Source: Spirochaetaceae bacterium
GTDB taxonomy: Bacteria; Spirochaetota; Spirochaetia; DSM-2461
Assembly: GCA_051531975.1 (NCBI GenBank)
Contig: JAOPTT010000010.1
Location: 64,001-128,000 of the forward strand
Length of the DNA: 64,000 nucleotides
Direction: 5' to 3'
Shown here: one piece after another, positions 51,291 through 62,350 of the stretch
How the letters are laid out: every line of letters begins with the position of its first letter
How positions within the stretch are numbered: position 1 is the stretch's first letter
Notes under the pieces: generated by a model
Databases searched by the model: none
Told to the model about the DNA's origin: nothing
What the model saw: only the letters and a program-made list of their open reading frames with translations
Translations under genes and position numbers: made by a program

Positions 51291-51655
51291 ATATAAAATC
51301 ATTTAAGAAGAGAGTTAGTATTAGCTTTTTTATTACAGCAGGATTTATGATAGTTTTTTCATTTTTAACACCAACTCCAGTTTCAGCAGAAACCAGTGAA
51401 AAGAGTGTTGTAGTAGCTAATGAACAAGTGGAAAATGTTATGGCAAAAAAATGGGCATTTATATCAGCAGCTATTGCTTTTGGTTTAGGTGCTATTGGTG
51501 CAGCTATTGCAATATCCAACGTTGGAGCTGCAGCTATGGGTGCCATGAGTGAAAAGCCTGAAATAGGTTCCCAGGCACTTATTTTTATAGCATTAGCCGA
51601 AGGTCTGGTTGTATTTGGATTTATTACCGCTTTAATGATACTGAGCAGGATTTAA
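51287..51655 (+). CDS. ntpK: V/A-type ATPase proteolipid subunit K (c)
   Basis: GAAAMGAMSEKPE; IALAEGLVVFG. Confidence 0.92.
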   Translation: MNIKSFKKRVSISFFITAGFMIVFSFLTPTPVSAETSEKSVVVANEQVENVMAKKWAFISAAIAFGLGAIGAAIAISNVGAAAMGAMSEKPEIGSQALIFIALAEGLVVFGFITALMILSRI

Positions 51656-51656
51656 C

Positions 51657-51962
51657 ATGAAATATTTTGTTATTGGAGATGATGATACAGTACTTGGTTT
51701 CTCTTTAGTTGGTGTTGAAGGTATAACAGCAAAAACATCTGCCGAAGTAAAAGATGCATTTAACAGAGCTTTAAGTAATAGTAATTATGGAATAATCATT
51801 ATTACAGATAGGTGTGCTGAATTAATAAGAGAAGAGGTAAATAACTTTCTTTTTACACAAACATTTCCATTAATATTAGAAATTCAAGATAAAAACGGTC
51901 CTATTACTGGTAAACCTAGTCTAAAAGAGATTGTAGACCAGGCTATTGGAATTAAACTATGA
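51657..51962 (+). CDS. ntpF: V/A-type ATPase subunit F
   Basis: VIGDDDTVLGFSLVGV; IVDQAIGI. Confidence 0.92.
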   Translation: MKYFVIGDDDTVLGFSLVGVEGITAKTSAEVKDAFNRALSNSNYGIIIITDRCAELIREEVNNFLFTQTFPLILEIQDKNGPITGKPSLKEIVDQAIGIKL

Positions 51963-52591
51963 CAAAAGAAGAACTATCTGCAGGTATAATTGAAAAAGCT
52001 CGTATAGAAGCAGATGAAATTATATTAACTGCTGAAAAATCCTCTGGGATTAAAATAGAGAACAATGAAAAGAGATTAAACCGGCAGTTTAACGATGCAA
52101 AATTAAAAGCAGAGAAAGTTAAAAAAATCACATATTCTAAACAAGAAAAACTGACATCAATGTATATTAACCGTTACAAACTTAAGGATAGAGAAGATTT
52201 TATTGATAAAATAACTAAGGTCGTTATTGATAAAATAAATGACAAAATTCGATCCCCTGAATATATAATGCATCTGGAAAATCTAATTTTAGAGGGAGCT
52301 CTTGGACTTAATAGATCTAAAATGTATCTAAATAGTTCTAAAGAGGAGTTAAATCTTTTGTCATCTGAATCACTTAAAAATATAGGTAATAAAGCTTCTG
52401 GGATTCTTGGAGTAGATGTAGAAATATTACTTTCAAAAGATAAACCTCTGTCTACTAAAGGAATTATATTAATAAGTGAAGATGGCAGAGTCTCATACAA
52501 TAATCTTATAAAAAGTAGAATTAAGCGTAAACAGGAAATTATAAATGAGCTAATAGCAAGATCATTGGATATGGTGAACAACCATGAATGA
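51959..52591 (+). CDS. ntpE: V/A-type ATPase subunit E
   Basis: N-terminal coiled coil; GIILISEDGRVSYNN. Confidence 0.85.
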   Translation: MTKEELSAGIIEKARIEADEIILTAEKSSGIKIENNEKRLNRQFNDAKLKAEKVKKITYSKQEKLTSMYINRYKLKDREDFIDKITKVVIDKINDKIRSPEYIMHLENLILEGALGLNRSKMYLNSSKEELNLLSSESLKNIGNKASGILGVDVEILLSKDKPLSTKGIILISEDGRVSYNNLIKSRIKRKQEIINELIARSLDMVNNHE

Positions 52592-54353
52592 TAAAATAAT
52601 TGGAGTAATTAAGAGGGTAAACGGCCCTGTTATTACAGCTGAGTCTGTTACAGATGCCATGATGCTTGAACATATACAAGCTGGTGAAAATAGATTAATA
52701 GGTGAAATTGTAAAACTATCAGGGGACGAAGCATTAATTCAGATATATGAAGATACAACAGGTTTATCACCTGGAGATTTTATCTACGGTTCATCTACCC
52801 CGCTTTCAGTAGAACTTGGCCCTGGACTTTTAGGCTCCATCTTTGATGGTATACAGAGACCACTACAAGGTGAAGAAAAAAACACAAGTGACTACATAGA
52901 AAAAGGTGTGGTAATACCTCCCCTACCTAGAAAAAAGCTTTGGCACTTTATTCCAACTGTTAAACCCGGGGATAACATTTCTGAAGGTATGATAATTGGA
53001 ACTGTTAGAGAGTCTAAAAGTATAGATCATAAAATATTAATCCCCCCTTTTATAAAAGGAAAACTTATATGGCTAGTAGAAGAAGGAGATTATCACATAG
53101 AAGATGTTATTGGTCAGGTTGATAATGGTAGTGATAAAATATCAATTTTTATGAAACATAACTGGTCCATTAGAAAACCCCGTCCTGTTTCAAATAGATT
53201 AGCTTTGGAAACCCCATTAATTACTGGTCAGAGGGTAATAGATACTCTATATCCTTTAGCAAAAGGTGGAACAGTTGCAATCCCAGGTGGTTTTGGAACT
53301 GGAAAAACCATGGTTCAGCATTCTATAGCTAAAAATTGTGATGCAGATATTATAATCTATATAGGTTGTGGAGAGAGAGGAAACGAGATGACCGATGTTT
53401 TAACAAGTTTCCCTAAACTCATTGACCCTAAAACAGGTAACCCATTAATGGATAGGACAATATTAATTGCAAATACATCTAATATGCCAGTCTCAGCCAG
53501 AGAGGCAAGTATATACACAGGGGTTACAATAGCAGAATATTATAGGGATCAGGGGTTTCATGTAGCAGTTATGGCGGATTCTACTTCTAGATGGGCTGAA
53601 GCTTTAAGAGAGTTATCAGGTAGAATGGAAGAGATGCCTGCAGAAGAGGGATTCCCAGCCTATCTTCCTACAAAAATTGCACAATTTTACGAGAGAGCAG
53701 GATATATGGCAACACTATGTGGTAAGACAGGTTCTGTTACTATAATAGGTGCTGTTTCCCCTCCTGGAGGTGACTTCTCAGAGCCTGTAACACAACATAC
53801 AAAACGGTTTGTAAGATGTTTCTGGAGCCTTGATAAACAGTTGGCTTATTCAAGACACTACCCTGCAATATCCTGGCTTGATAGTTATAGTGAATATGTT
53901 AGTGAAATTACAGGATGGTGGGTAGAGAAAGCCGGAAATGGCTGGACAGATAATAGAACCACCATATTAGAACTATTAAGAAAAGAGGTAAAACTTAAAC
54001 AGATAGTAAAACTTGTAGGACCAGATGCACTACCGGACAGTCAAAGGTTTATAATAGAGGTATGTACACTGTTTAAAAATGCATTTCTTCAGCAGAATAT
54101 TTTTGATGATATAGATAGATATACCACAGTAGAGAAACAGATGAGAATGTTAGAGATTATCCTGCTTTATAATAAAAGAGGATCAGAGATAATAAAAAAA
54201 GGTATACCAATAGTTAAGATTAGAAAAATTAAAATACTTCAGGATATTATGAAGATGAGATTTACTGTGGAAAATAGTGATCTGGCCTCCCTTGATAAGA
54301 TAGAGATGCGTTTAATACGGGCTTTTGATAGGTTGGAGGGAATTCATGGATGA
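52584..54353 (+). CDS. ntpA: V/A-type ATP synthase subunit A
   Basis: [40 protein letters not shown]. Confidence 0.97.
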   Translation: MNDKIIGVIKRVNGPVITAESVTDAMMLEHIQAGENRLIGEIVKLSGDEALIQIYEDTTGLSPGDFIYGSSTPLSVELGPGLLGSIFDGIQRPLQGEEKNTSDYIEKGVVIPPLPRKKLWHFIPTVKPGDNISEGMIIGTVRESKSIDHKILIPPFIKGKLIWLVEEGDYHIEDVIGQVDNGSDKISIFMKHNWSIRKPRPVSNRLALETPLITGQRVIDTLYPLAKGGTVAIPGGFGTGKTMVQHSIAKNCDADIIIYIGCGERGNEMTDVLTSFPKLIDPKTGNPLMDRTILIANTSNMPVSAREASIYTGVTIAEYYRDQGFHVAVMADSTSRWAEALRELSGRMEEMPAEEGFPAYLPTKIAQFYERAGYMATLCGKTGSVTIIGAVSPPGGDFSEPVTQHTKRFVRCFWSLDKQLAYSRHYPAISWLDSYSEYVSEITGWWVEKAGNGWTDNRTTILELLRKEVKLKQIVKLVGPDALPDSQRFIIEVCTLFKNAFLQQNIFDDIDRYTTVEKQMRMLEIILLYNKRGSEIIKKGIPIVKIRKIKILQDIMKMRFTVENSDLASLDKIEMRLIRAFDRLEGIHG

Positions 54354-55755
54354 TAAACTAAAAGGTTTATTAAAAGAACTTAAAAAAGGTCGGGAATATA
54401 TAGGTGTTTCCAAAATTGACGGCCCTCTGATTTTTGTGGAAAAAACTGACCCTGTTGGATATCGAGAGTTGGTTGAAGTTATAGACCGTGAAGGTAATCT
54501 TCGTAAAGGAATGGTATTAGAAACATCAAAAGATATTGTTGTTGTACAGGTCTTTGATGGAACCTCTGGTTTAACAATAAACCAGACAAATGTACGGTTT
54601 ATGGGGGAGCCATTAAGTATTAAAGTCTCGGATGAGATGTTAGGACGTGTATTTAATGGTTTAGGAATCCCAAGGGACGGAGGTCCTATTCCAACAAAGG
54701 GTGAAAAAACTGATATTAACGGCCGTGCAATTAATCCTGTTTCCAGGTTATACCCAAGAAACTTTATACAGACAGGAATATCTGTTATCGACGGTATGAA
54801 TACGTTAATAAGAGGACAAAAACTTCCTATATTTTCCGGAAACGGTTTACCACATAATGAAGTTGCAGCCCAGATAGCAAGACAGGCTACCCTATTACAG
54901 GATAATGATGACTTTGTTATAGTTTTTGCAGCCATGGGTGTAAAACATGATGTTGCACGATATTTTGTAAACTCATTTGAAGAGTCTGGTGTTATAAACA
55001 AGGTTGCACTTTTTTTATCCCTTGCAGATGACCCGTCTATTGAGAGATTAATTACTCCAAGGTCAGCGTTAACCCTGGCTGAACACCTGGCTTTTAAACA
55101 GGGTAAACACGTATTGGTAATAATGACAGATATGACAAACTACTGTGAATCATTAAGGGAGATATCTACATTAAGAGGTGAAATCCCATCAAGAAAGGGA
55201 TACCCCGGATATTTATACTCAGATTTAGCAGAACTTTATGAGAGGTCAGGAATGATTAAAGGTATTCCAGGTTCAATTACCCAGATACCAATACTCTCTA
55301 TGCCAAACGATGATATATCCCACCCTATTCCGGATTTAACTGGATATATAACAGAAGGCCAGATAGTTTTTCAGCGGGAACTATTTGGTAGAAGTATCTA
55401 TCCACCAATTGCTGGTCTTCCATCCCTATCTAGATTAATGAAGGATGGAATTGGAGAGGATTTAACAAGAAGTGATCATAACCATTTAGCAAGCCAGCTG
55501 TTTGCATCTTACAGTTACGTAAATGAAGTTAGAAACTTAGCATCTGTAATTGGAATTGAAGAGTTAACTGAACTGGATAGACAGTATATAGAATTTGGAG
55601 AAGAGTTTGAGAGAAGGTTTGTATCCCAGGGTCAAAATGAGAACAGAACTATTATTCAGACCTTAGATCTTGCATGGGAGTTATTATCAATCCTGCCAAT
55701 TGAGGAGTTAACTAGAGTCTCTACTGAGGAACTGGAAGAGTATTATGGACAGTAA
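54346..55755 (+). CDS. ntpB: V/A-type ATP synthase subunit B
   Basis: [34 protein letters not shown]; start ATG 54346 after GGAGG. Confidence 0.97.
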   Translation: MDDKLKGLLKELKKGREYIGVSKIDGPLIFVEKTDPVGYRELVEVIDREGNLRKGMVLETSKDIVVVQVFDGTSGLTINQTNVRFMGEPLSIKVSDEMLGRVFNGLGIPRDGGPIPTKGEKTDINGRAINPVSRLYPRNFIQTGISVIDGMNTLIRGQKLPIFSGNGLPHNEVAAQIARQATLLQDNDDFVIVFAAMGVKHDVARYFVNSFEESGVINKVALFLSLADDPSIERLITPRSALTLAEHLAFKQGKHVLVIMTDMTNYCESLREISTLRGEIPSRKGYPGYLYSDLAELYERSGMIKGIPGSITQIPILSMPNDDISHPIPDLTGYITEGQIVFQRELFGRSIYPPIAGLPSLSRLMKDGIGEDLTRSDHNHLASQLFASYSYVNEVRNLASVIGIEELTELDRQYIEFGEEFERRFVSQGQNENRTIIQTLDLAWELLSILPIEELTRVSTEELEEYYGQ

Positions 55756-56374
55756 TACAGCTCCTACAAAAAGTAATCTCTTAAGATTAAAGGACGAACT
55801 AAAATTTGCAAATGTTGGTTTTGATCTATTGGATCAGAAAAAAAAGATATTAATTAATGAAATGTTAAGCCTAATAGATTCAGCTATTGAATACGAGGAC
55901 AAGGTGAACGAATCTTTAAGTAAGGCATATTTTTCACTACAGGAGGCTGTATTAAAAATGGGCAGATTAAAAGTTTCACATTTAGCCAGTGTTATTAATG
56001 TACAATCAGAGATAAAACTGGATTCTAGAAAAGTTATGGGAGTCAGGTTACCGGTTGTTAATACTGAATTTGAGAATCATGGGCCATATTTTAGTCCATT
56101 TGGTACAGAGTGGTGGATTGATAGTTCATTAGAGATTTTTAAAGAGACTTTAAGTTATTTAGGACAACTATCAGAGCTAAAAATATCTATAATGAAACTT
56201 GCAGGGGAAGTAAAAAAAACAATTAGAAAAGTTAATGCACTTGAAAAAATTGCTATTCCTGATCTTTCAAAATCTGTACATCAGATTGAAAATAGGCTGG
56301 AAGAGAATGAGAGAGAAAATTTTATAATCATGAAAATGATAAAAGATAAATTACAATCGGAGAAGGGATTATGA
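55745..56374 (+). CDS. ntpD: V/A-type ATP synthase subunit D
   Basis: [19 protein letters not shown]. Confidence 0.95.
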   Translation: MDSNTAPTKSNLLRLKDELKFANVGFDLLDQKKKILINEMLSLIDSAIEYEDKVNESLSKAYFSLQEAVLKMGRLKVSHLASVINVQSEIKLDSRKVMGVRLPVVNTEFENHGPYFSPFGTEWWIDSSLEIFKETLSYLGQLSELKISIMKLAGEVKKTIRKVNALEKIAIPDLSKSVHQIENRLEENERENFIIMKMIKDKLQSEKGL

Positions 56375-56859
56375 GTGAACCGATTAAAAATATTATGGTA
56401 TATCTTGATGGAACTGAGCAATCAATTACAGCAGTACAATATGCAATAATATTATCAAAGGAAACGGGCGCAGAATTAACAGGTATATATGTTGTAAATA
56501 CCAGAGCATTAAACGATCTGGTAAAATCACACATATTTATTAAATCAGAGCAGGATGAATATCATTCTGATTTAGATTCAGATGCTGATAAATATCTGGA
56601 TTATTTTAAAGAGTTGGCTACTAATAAAAACCTTAGTGTAAAAACTATTAAAGAGAGTGGTTCTGTTTTAACTGTAGTAAAGGATATAATTAAAAAGGAA
56701 AAAATTGATCTTTTAATTATTGGAGAGCTTTCAAGAATTAGAAGTCGACGGGACGAGTTTTTTTCCGATACTGAAAAACTTATGAGACAGGCGACCTGTT
56801 CTGTTTTAATTGTAAAAGATGAAGATTTAGTCGATGATATATATGAAGCAACAAAATAG
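56371..56859 (+). CDS. Universal stress protein
   Basis: NIMVYLDGTE; DLLIIG; CSVLIVK. Confidence 0.88.
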   Translation: MSEPIKNIMVYLDGTEQSITAVQYAIILSKETGAELTGIYVVNTRALNDLVKSHIFIKSEQDEYHSDLDSDADKYLDYFKELATNKNLSVKTIKESGSVLTVVKDIIKKEKIDLLIIGELSRIRSRRDEFFSDTEKLMRQATCSVLIVKDEDLVDDIYEATK

Positions 56860-56868
56860 GATGAAAAA

Positions 56869-57318
56869 ATGGCACTACTTGAATTAATTGATAATAAAAT
56901 AGTAAAGACCCCACTGGTTTCTGATAATAAAATTGATGTAATAAAAGAACTGTTAACTATATTAGTAGATGCTGGTAAGTTAACAGATATTGATACCGCT
57001 GTAGAAGCTATTCTTGAAAGAGAGGATTTAGGTAGTACCGGTTTAACAGATGGTATTGCAATCCCCCATGCAAAAACAAACGTAGTAGATTCGTTAACTA
57101 TTGCAATAGGACTCTCACCAGAGGGTATAGATTTTGAAGCACTGGATGAAAACCCATCAACAATGTTTTTTTTAATACTTGCTCCACCTGATCAGTCTGG
57201 ACCACACCTTCAGGCTCTTACAGAAATTGCTAATGTTGTAAGAAGTAAAGCTTTCTGCAGACTTTTATTAGCATCAACATCCGCTGAAGAAGTGGTGGAA
57301 CTATTTAAGGAAGATTAG
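56869..57318 (+). CDS. PTS EIIA (Fru/Ntr-type) domain protein
   Basis: REDLGSTG...GIAIPHAK; GIDFEALD. Confidence 0.9.
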   Translation: MALLELIDNKIVKTPLVSDNKIDVIKELLTILVDAGKLTDIDTAVEAILEREDLGSTGLTDGIAIPHAKTNVVDSLTIAIGLSPEGIDFEALDENPSTMFFLILAPPDQSGPHLQALTEIANVVRSKAFCRLLLASTSAEEVVELFKED

Positions 57319-57329
57319 ATATAAAATAA

Positions 57330-58007
57330 TTAACTACTACTTCTAAGTTTCTCTACTCTACCATTTATCTTTTTTAGAGATATCTTATAAATTAACGACT
57401 TTATTACATTAACCTTGTTATTGTATTTATCTGTTTTGTAAAAGTCCCATGGGTTATCCCACAAACCTAGATCCTCTGTTACTGCATCCATTTGAACAAA
57501 CTTCTCTGTTTCCAAATTAAAACCTGCACTTGATTCCCCACTATCACAGGAAACAGAATAACCTGTAGTCCACCCTTTTTCTGATAGTTTCTTCTTTCCT
57601 GCATTATAGAAGAATATATCGTTAATAAAAGAGTCTATTTTTATCCACCTGTCTTTAACTTTTACCTCTAACCAACTATGTGATATCTCTCTTGGCATAA
57701 GTTTATATATAAAACCAGTAAACAGTCCCTTTTGAATCTCTCTTTTTATATTTGAAAAATGTATTTTTGCTTCAATATCTACAGCTTTGCACATATATAG
57801 AAACAGCGTACTTTTATTATTACATTGCCCAACTTTCCTATTAAGAGTCTCTTCCGGTGTAATAAAATCTCCTTCTTTACAGAAACCAAATTTTATTTCA
57901 TCTCTAACATAATAAAAAAGAGCTTCTAACTTTTTTTCAGTAGTTTTTTGATTTTTAGTTAACTTTAATGCGGTTTCTTTAACTTGATCTTTCACTTTGT
58001 CTTTCAT
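57330..58007 (-). CDS. Transglutaminase-like protein
   Basis: FYYVRDEI; GQCNNKS (Cys), HSWLEV (His), KIDS (Asp). Confidence 0.85.
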   Translation of the reverse strand: MKDKVKDQVKETALKLTKNQKTTEKKLEALFYYVRDEIKFGFCKEGDFITPEETLNRKVGQCNNKSTLFLYMCKAVDIEAKIHFSNIKREIQKGLFTGFIYKLMPREISHSWLEVKVKDRWIKIDSFINDIFFYNAGKKKLSEKGWTTGYSVSCDSGESSAGFNLETEKFVQMDAVTEDLGLWDNPWDFYKTDKYNNKVNVIKSLIYKISLKKINGRVEKLRSSS

Positions 58008-58047
58008 ATTAGATTCTCCTTACTGTTAAGTTATATTAACAAGTAAT

Positions 58048-58782
58048 CTAAGAGAAGAATTGAATAAACTGGCTATGTTTTATAATTTTAGAGCTGTTTA
58101 ATCCAAAATTTGATTTAAATGTCCGGGATAAGTGGGCAGAATCAGAGAATCCTGTTTCGTAAGCAGCATATGTTAAATCTTTTCCAGTACATATAAGTTT
58201 TATAGCATCCTTTAATCTTAACCAGAGCAGATATTTTCTTAAAGGAAGACCTACTTCTTCCTTAAAAAGATGTATAAGTCTACCCTCTGATAGTCCTACT
58301 TCTTTAGAAAGAACAGAAATAGATATCTTCTTTTCTAGACTTTTATCAATTATCTTTAAAGCTGTAATTATTCTTGAATCTTTAGTAGAACAAATACAAC
58401 TTTTAGGAATAGAAATAACCTGTAATATCCCACTAATAAATGTTTTTGCACTGTTTATATCCTTAACAGCCGGTAGATGAGCTTCTTTTTCCAGACTTTT
58501 AAAGGCTGAACCTTCTAATATTTTTTGAGAGATATGCCCAGATATACTTGATTCGTTATCAATTAAAAAGGTGACTAATTTATTAGCTGAAAATTCTACA
58601 GAGTGTTCTACATTACTATTAACAATTAAAAACGAACTAATTATTGTCTGATTATTTACTTTGAATTTAACTGGTTTATTACATATAAAAAACTGTATTG
58701 CATTGTGGCTATGACTTTTAACAGGACCTAACACTCCCTGTAACAACATATAATAGTCATATATAAATATAAAGTTCTTCAT
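58048..58782 (-). CDS. AraC family transcriptional regulator
   Basis: HSHNAIQ cupin; LSEGRLIHLFK; GFSDSAHLSRTF. Confidence 0.92.
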   Translation of the reverse strand: MKNFIFIYDYYMLLQGVLGPVKSHSHNAIQFFICNKPVKFKVNNQTIISSFLIVNSNVEHSVEFSANKLVTFLIDNESSISGHISQKILEGSAFKSLEKEAHLPAVKDINSAKTFISGILQVISIPKSCICSTKDSRIITALKIIDKSLEKKISISVLSKEVGLSEGRLIHLFKEEVGLPLRKYLLWLRLKDAIKLICTGKDLTYAAYETGFSDSAHLSRTFKSNFGLNSSKIIKHSQFIQFFS

Positions 58783-58851
58783 TAAATAATTTCCACCTAT
58801 TACAGTATAATAATATATAATAGGTTAATAATAAAATAAAAAGGAAATAAA

Positions 58852-59871
58852 ATGAAAGTATTATTTATAGGTGGAACTGGAACTATTAGTACAGAGATCT
58901 CAAAACAATTAATAGAGTTGGGTACTGATCTGTATATTATAAACAGAGGAAATAGAAATGACATTTTAGGTACAGATGCAGTTAAATATTTAACATGTGA
59001 TATCAACGATGAAGATGTTGTTTCAGGTTTAATTAAGGATTTAACCTTTGATGTGGTTGCAGATTTTATAGCATTTGAACAATCTGCTCTAGAGAGAGAT
59101 TATAGGTTGTTTAAAGATAAAACCAAACAATTTATATTTATAAGTTCCGCCTCTGTTTATCAGAAACCACTTTCAGATTATAGAATTACAGAAGGCACTC
59201 CACTTTCTAATCCATATTGGCAGTATGCACAAAATAAAATAACCTGCGAGGATTATCTAATAAAAATGTATAGAGAAGAAGGTTTTCCTATAACTATAAT
59301 TAGACCAAGCCATACCTACGATGAGAGGTCAATACCCATAGGAGTCCATGGCAACAGTGGCAGCTGGCAGATAGCAAAACGGATGTTAGAAGGTAAACAG
59401 GTGATCATCCATGGGGATGGGACATCTTTATGGACTATGACATCAAATATTGATTTTGCAAATGGTTTTATAGGTTTAATGGGTAATCTACATGCTATTG
59501 GTGAAGCCGTTCAGATAACATCAGATGAATCTTTAACTTGGAACCAGATATATAGATCAATTGCAGATGCTCTAGGTGTAGAGTTAAAACCATATTATGT
59601 TCCATCGGACTTTTTAGATGAAGTTGGTCCCTACGATTTTAAAGGTGGATTAATTGGTGACAAAGCAAATACAGTTGTATTTGATAATAGTAAATTAAAA
59701 CGTCTTGTCCCAGATTTTATTCCAACTATAAGATATGACCAAGGAATTAAAAAGACAATACACCACATACTTAATAACCCAAAACTACAACTCCTAGATC
59801 CAGAATTTGATAGTTGGTGTGATAAAATTATTGAGGTTATGGAAAATGCTAAAAAAAGTATAATAGGTTAA
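58852..59871 (+). CDS. NAD-dependent epimerase/dehydratase (extended SDR)
   Basis: IGGTGTIS; FISSASVY; YAQNK; RPSHTY. Confidence 0.9.
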   Translation: MKVLFIGGTGTISTEISKQLIELGTDLYIINRGNRNDILGTDAVKYLTCDINDEDVVSGLIKDLTFDVVADFIAFEQSALERDYRLFKDKTKQFIFISSASVYQKPLSDYRITEGTPLSNPYWQYAQNKITCEDYLIKMYREEGFPITIIRPSHTYDERSIPIGVHGNSGSWQIAKRMLEGKQVIIHGDGTSLWTMTSNIDFANGFIGLMGNLHAIGEAVQITSDESLTWNQIYRSIADALGVELKPYYVPSDFLDEVGPYDFKGGLIGDKANTVVFDNSKLKRLVPDFIPTIRYDQGIKKTIHHILNNPKLQLLDPEFDSWCDKIIEVMENAKKSIIG

Positions 59872-59874
59872 ATA

Positions 59875-60474
59875 GTGATATTTTCTATAATTTATATACA
59901 CGGATTTGCATCGGTTGGAGACTCTTCTAAAGGTCTGTTATTAAAAAAATCAATTAAAAACCACAATGTATTTTCTCCAACTCTTTCCCCTGATTCAAAA
60001 GTAGCTATAAAACAGATAAAAGAGCTAATATCAAGTAAGGAAAACCCTATATTAATAGGCTCTAGTCTTGGTGGATTTTACGTAGATTATTTTAACACCA
60101 TTTATGGCATACCAGCTATATTAATCAACCCACTAGTAGATTCTACTAAAATTAAAGTTTATATAGGAGAGAATAAAAACCTATATACAGATGAAAGTTT
60201 TGAGTTTACTTTAGAAAGTTATAATTATTTACAGGACCTTAAAACCCAGAAAGAACAATCATCTAATTACAGTGATAGGAAGGCCAATATGTTTATTATG
60301 TTGGCAAAAGATGATGATGTAATAGATTATAAAACAGCTGAGCTTGAATACAACAGTAAAAAACAGACTGTTTATACATATGATACAGGGGGACACCGAT
60401 TTATAAATGATGATGAGGTAATATCTAAAGTAGAAAAGTTAATATCTTATGTTAGAAGTTCTAAAGCTTTTTGA
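59875..60474 (+). CDS. YqiA/YcfP family alpha/beta hydrolase
   Basis: YIHGFAS; GSSLGG; INP; DDVID; GGHRF. Confidence 0.88.
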   Translation: MIFSIIYIHGFASVGDSSKGLLLKKSIKNHNVFSPTLSPDSKVAIKQIKELISSKENPILIGSSLGGFYVDYFNTIYGIPAILINPLVDSTKIKVYIGENKNLYTDESFEFTLESYNYLQDLKTQKEQSSNYSDRKANMFIMLAKDDDVIDYKTAELEYNSKKQTVYTYDTGGHRFINDDEVISKVEKLISYVRSSKAF

Positions 60475-61004
60475 TATTTATTAAGTTCATGTTCATATAC
60501 TATCTTAAGTTCTTCATCATAAACTCCATCGGCTATGGTAAAGTTATTATTAAATCTAGGTAGTATAAAACTTGCAACAATGTTTCCACCCATATGAGGG
60601 AAATATGATTTGGCTTGATTAAATACAGCTTCTCCACCTCTATGTCCAGGAGCTGTGGATAATAAAAACATCGGCTTATTGTCCCAAAGCTTTCTCTTTG
60701 ACGTTGATGCCCAATCAAGAATATTTTTAAATGCAGCAGTATAGGATCCATTATGTTCTGCAAGGGAAATTATAATCCCATCGGACTCTTCTATCATGTG
60801 AACAAAATCTAAGGCTTTTTGTGGAATACCATCTTCTGACTCTTTATCAACACTATAAAGAGGTAGTTCAAAATCTATTATTTTTAACTCTTTAGTGCTT
60901 ACGTTTTGTAACTTCTTTCCTGTATACCTAGCAAGCTCAGCATTAATAGATCTTCGACTACTACTTCCACCAATAACTAATATTCTTTTTATTAATTTAT
61001 TCAT
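60447..61004 (-). CDS. NADPH-dependent FMN reductase
   Basis: GSSSRRSIN; AEHNGSYTAAFKNILDW. Confidence 0.9.
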   Translation of the reverse strand: MNKLIKRILVIGGSSSRRSINAELARYTGKKLQNVSTKELKIIDFELPLYSVDKESEDGIPQKALDFVHMIEESDGIIISLAEHNGSYTAAFKNILDWASTSKRKLWDNKPMFLLSTAPGHRGGEAVFNQAKSYFPHMGGNIVASFILPRFNNNFTIADGVYDEELKIVYEHELNKYQKALELLT

Positions 61005-61076
61005 AGTCTTCCCCTTAAAACATACCTAAACTTTAGTGGCAATAATTACTGCTGTCAACAAGGGGAAGATTATAAG

Positions 61077-61532
61077 TTATTTAGCTAATATTTTAATTAC
61101 TAATTTTTTAACCTGTGAAGGTTCTTCCTGGCTTAGTTTAGGACCATGGTATTCCCCGGGCATTACCATTGCAAAAACTCCTGGTTCTAATGGAAAATTG
61201 ATACCATCTACTAAAGTAAATAGTTTAACATCCTTTTCAGGGTTATACTCCTTAGTAACCTTTGGCTCAACTGCTGGACAGGCTCTAAAATACTCTTTAC
61301 CACTTAATACAAGCTGAATATCAATATATTTCTCATGGGTCTCACCAAAACCAACTGAGTGATCAATTGGAGCATATTCTGCATACATTACATATACATT
61401 TTCCCCATCTATATCATTTTTTCCAATAGATAGAGTTTTACTATCTAAGCTTTCTAAGAAGTCGATGGCAGTATCTATATTTTTAGATAGACCTCTGTAT
61501 TTTTTAGCATTTTCAATTTTATCGTATATCAT
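61077..61532 (-). CDS. YhcH/YjgK/YiaL family protein
   Basis: ETHEKYIDIQ; PGEYHGP; KKLVIK. Confidence 0.9.
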   Translation of the reverse strand: MIYDKIENAKKYRGLSKNIDTAIDFLESLDSKTLSIGKNDIDGENVYVMYAEYAPIDHSVGFGETHEKYIDIQLVLSGKEYFRACPAVEPKVTKEYNPEKDVKLFTLVDGINFPLEPGVFAMVMPGEYHGPKLSQEEPSQVKKLVIKILAK

Positions 61533-61546
61533 TCAGATATTATAAC

Positions 61547-62341
61547 TTAAGTTAAATCCTTATTCCAGTCTTGGATACCAACTTTAACTGATCTACGCAT
61601 CTCTTTAGTAAAAGTCGCACCGGTTTTATTTAAATAGTATAATTGCCCAATATTATCTGCACCTTTTCTTTTATAGACAGTATCATCTGAAAATCGCTCT
61701 TCTTTTAACTGTTTAAACATATCTTCAAAACCATTTGAATCGATTCTTTTATAACTATTTTTAAAGTGTATATACTCTTTAGGAAACCTAGAAGTTAATT
61801 TTTTATTTCCACTACCCTCTTTTTTATATCCATAACATAACATAGCTACTGGAAATACTTTATCAGGAAGGTTAAACATCTCTCTGTGTATCTCAATGTT
61901 TTCGATTATATCCCCAATATAGCAGGAACCTATACCTAAAGCCTCAGCTGCAATAACCGTATTTTGTGCTGCAATAATTGCATCTGAACTTGCAAGGATT
62001 AGATCTGACTCCTTAGGGCCCTCAAAATCTGTTCCATTTTTTTTACATAGCTCTCTAACACCACTATGTTCAAAATAGTCGTACCACCTTTGCATATCTG
62101 CTAAAAATATTAAAACTAAAGGGGACTTAGCAATAAAAGGTTGATCATCGCAGGTTTTCACTAATTTATCTTTATCTTCCTGTTTATCAACCTCAAGTAT
62201 GGAATATAACATCATATTTCCCGCTGTTGGAGCTCTAAATGCGGACTCTAAAATAATCTCTTTATCATCATTTGAAATTGCTTTATTTAAAAATCCTCTT
62301 TCAGATTTTCTTTTCATTATTAGATCAATTGTTTCATTCAT
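61547..62341 (-). CDS. Nitroreductase family protein (NfsA-like)
   Basis: RKSER; APTAGNM; DAIIAAQN; GIGSCYIG. Confidence 0.9.
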   Translation of the reverse strand: MNETIDLIMKRKSERGFLNKAISNDDKEIILESAFRAPTAGNMMLYSILEVDKQEDKDKLVKTCDDQPFIAKSPLVLIFLADMQRWYDYFEHSGVRELCKKNGTDFEGPKESDLILASSDAIIAAQNTVIAAEALGIGSCYIGDIIENIEIHREMFNLPDKVFPVAMLCYGYKKEGSGNKKLTSRFPKEYIHFKNSYKRIDSNGFEDMFKQLKEERFSDDTVYKRKGADNIGQLYYLNKTGATFTKEMRRSVKVGIQDWNKDLT

Positions 62342-62350
62342 GTAATTATC

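Noticed and set aside
60447..60474. Convergent 3' overlaps (28 bp here; 15 bp at 45042-45056)
   Set aside because: Short tail-to-tail overlaps are common in compact AT-rich genomes; no further evidence of function
1594..61317. Many short antisense or alternate-frame ORFs in the track (for example 18763..19275, 35487..35915, 54312..55001, 31751..32182)
   Set aside because: They lie wholly within well-supported genes on the other strand or frame and show no recognisable motifs
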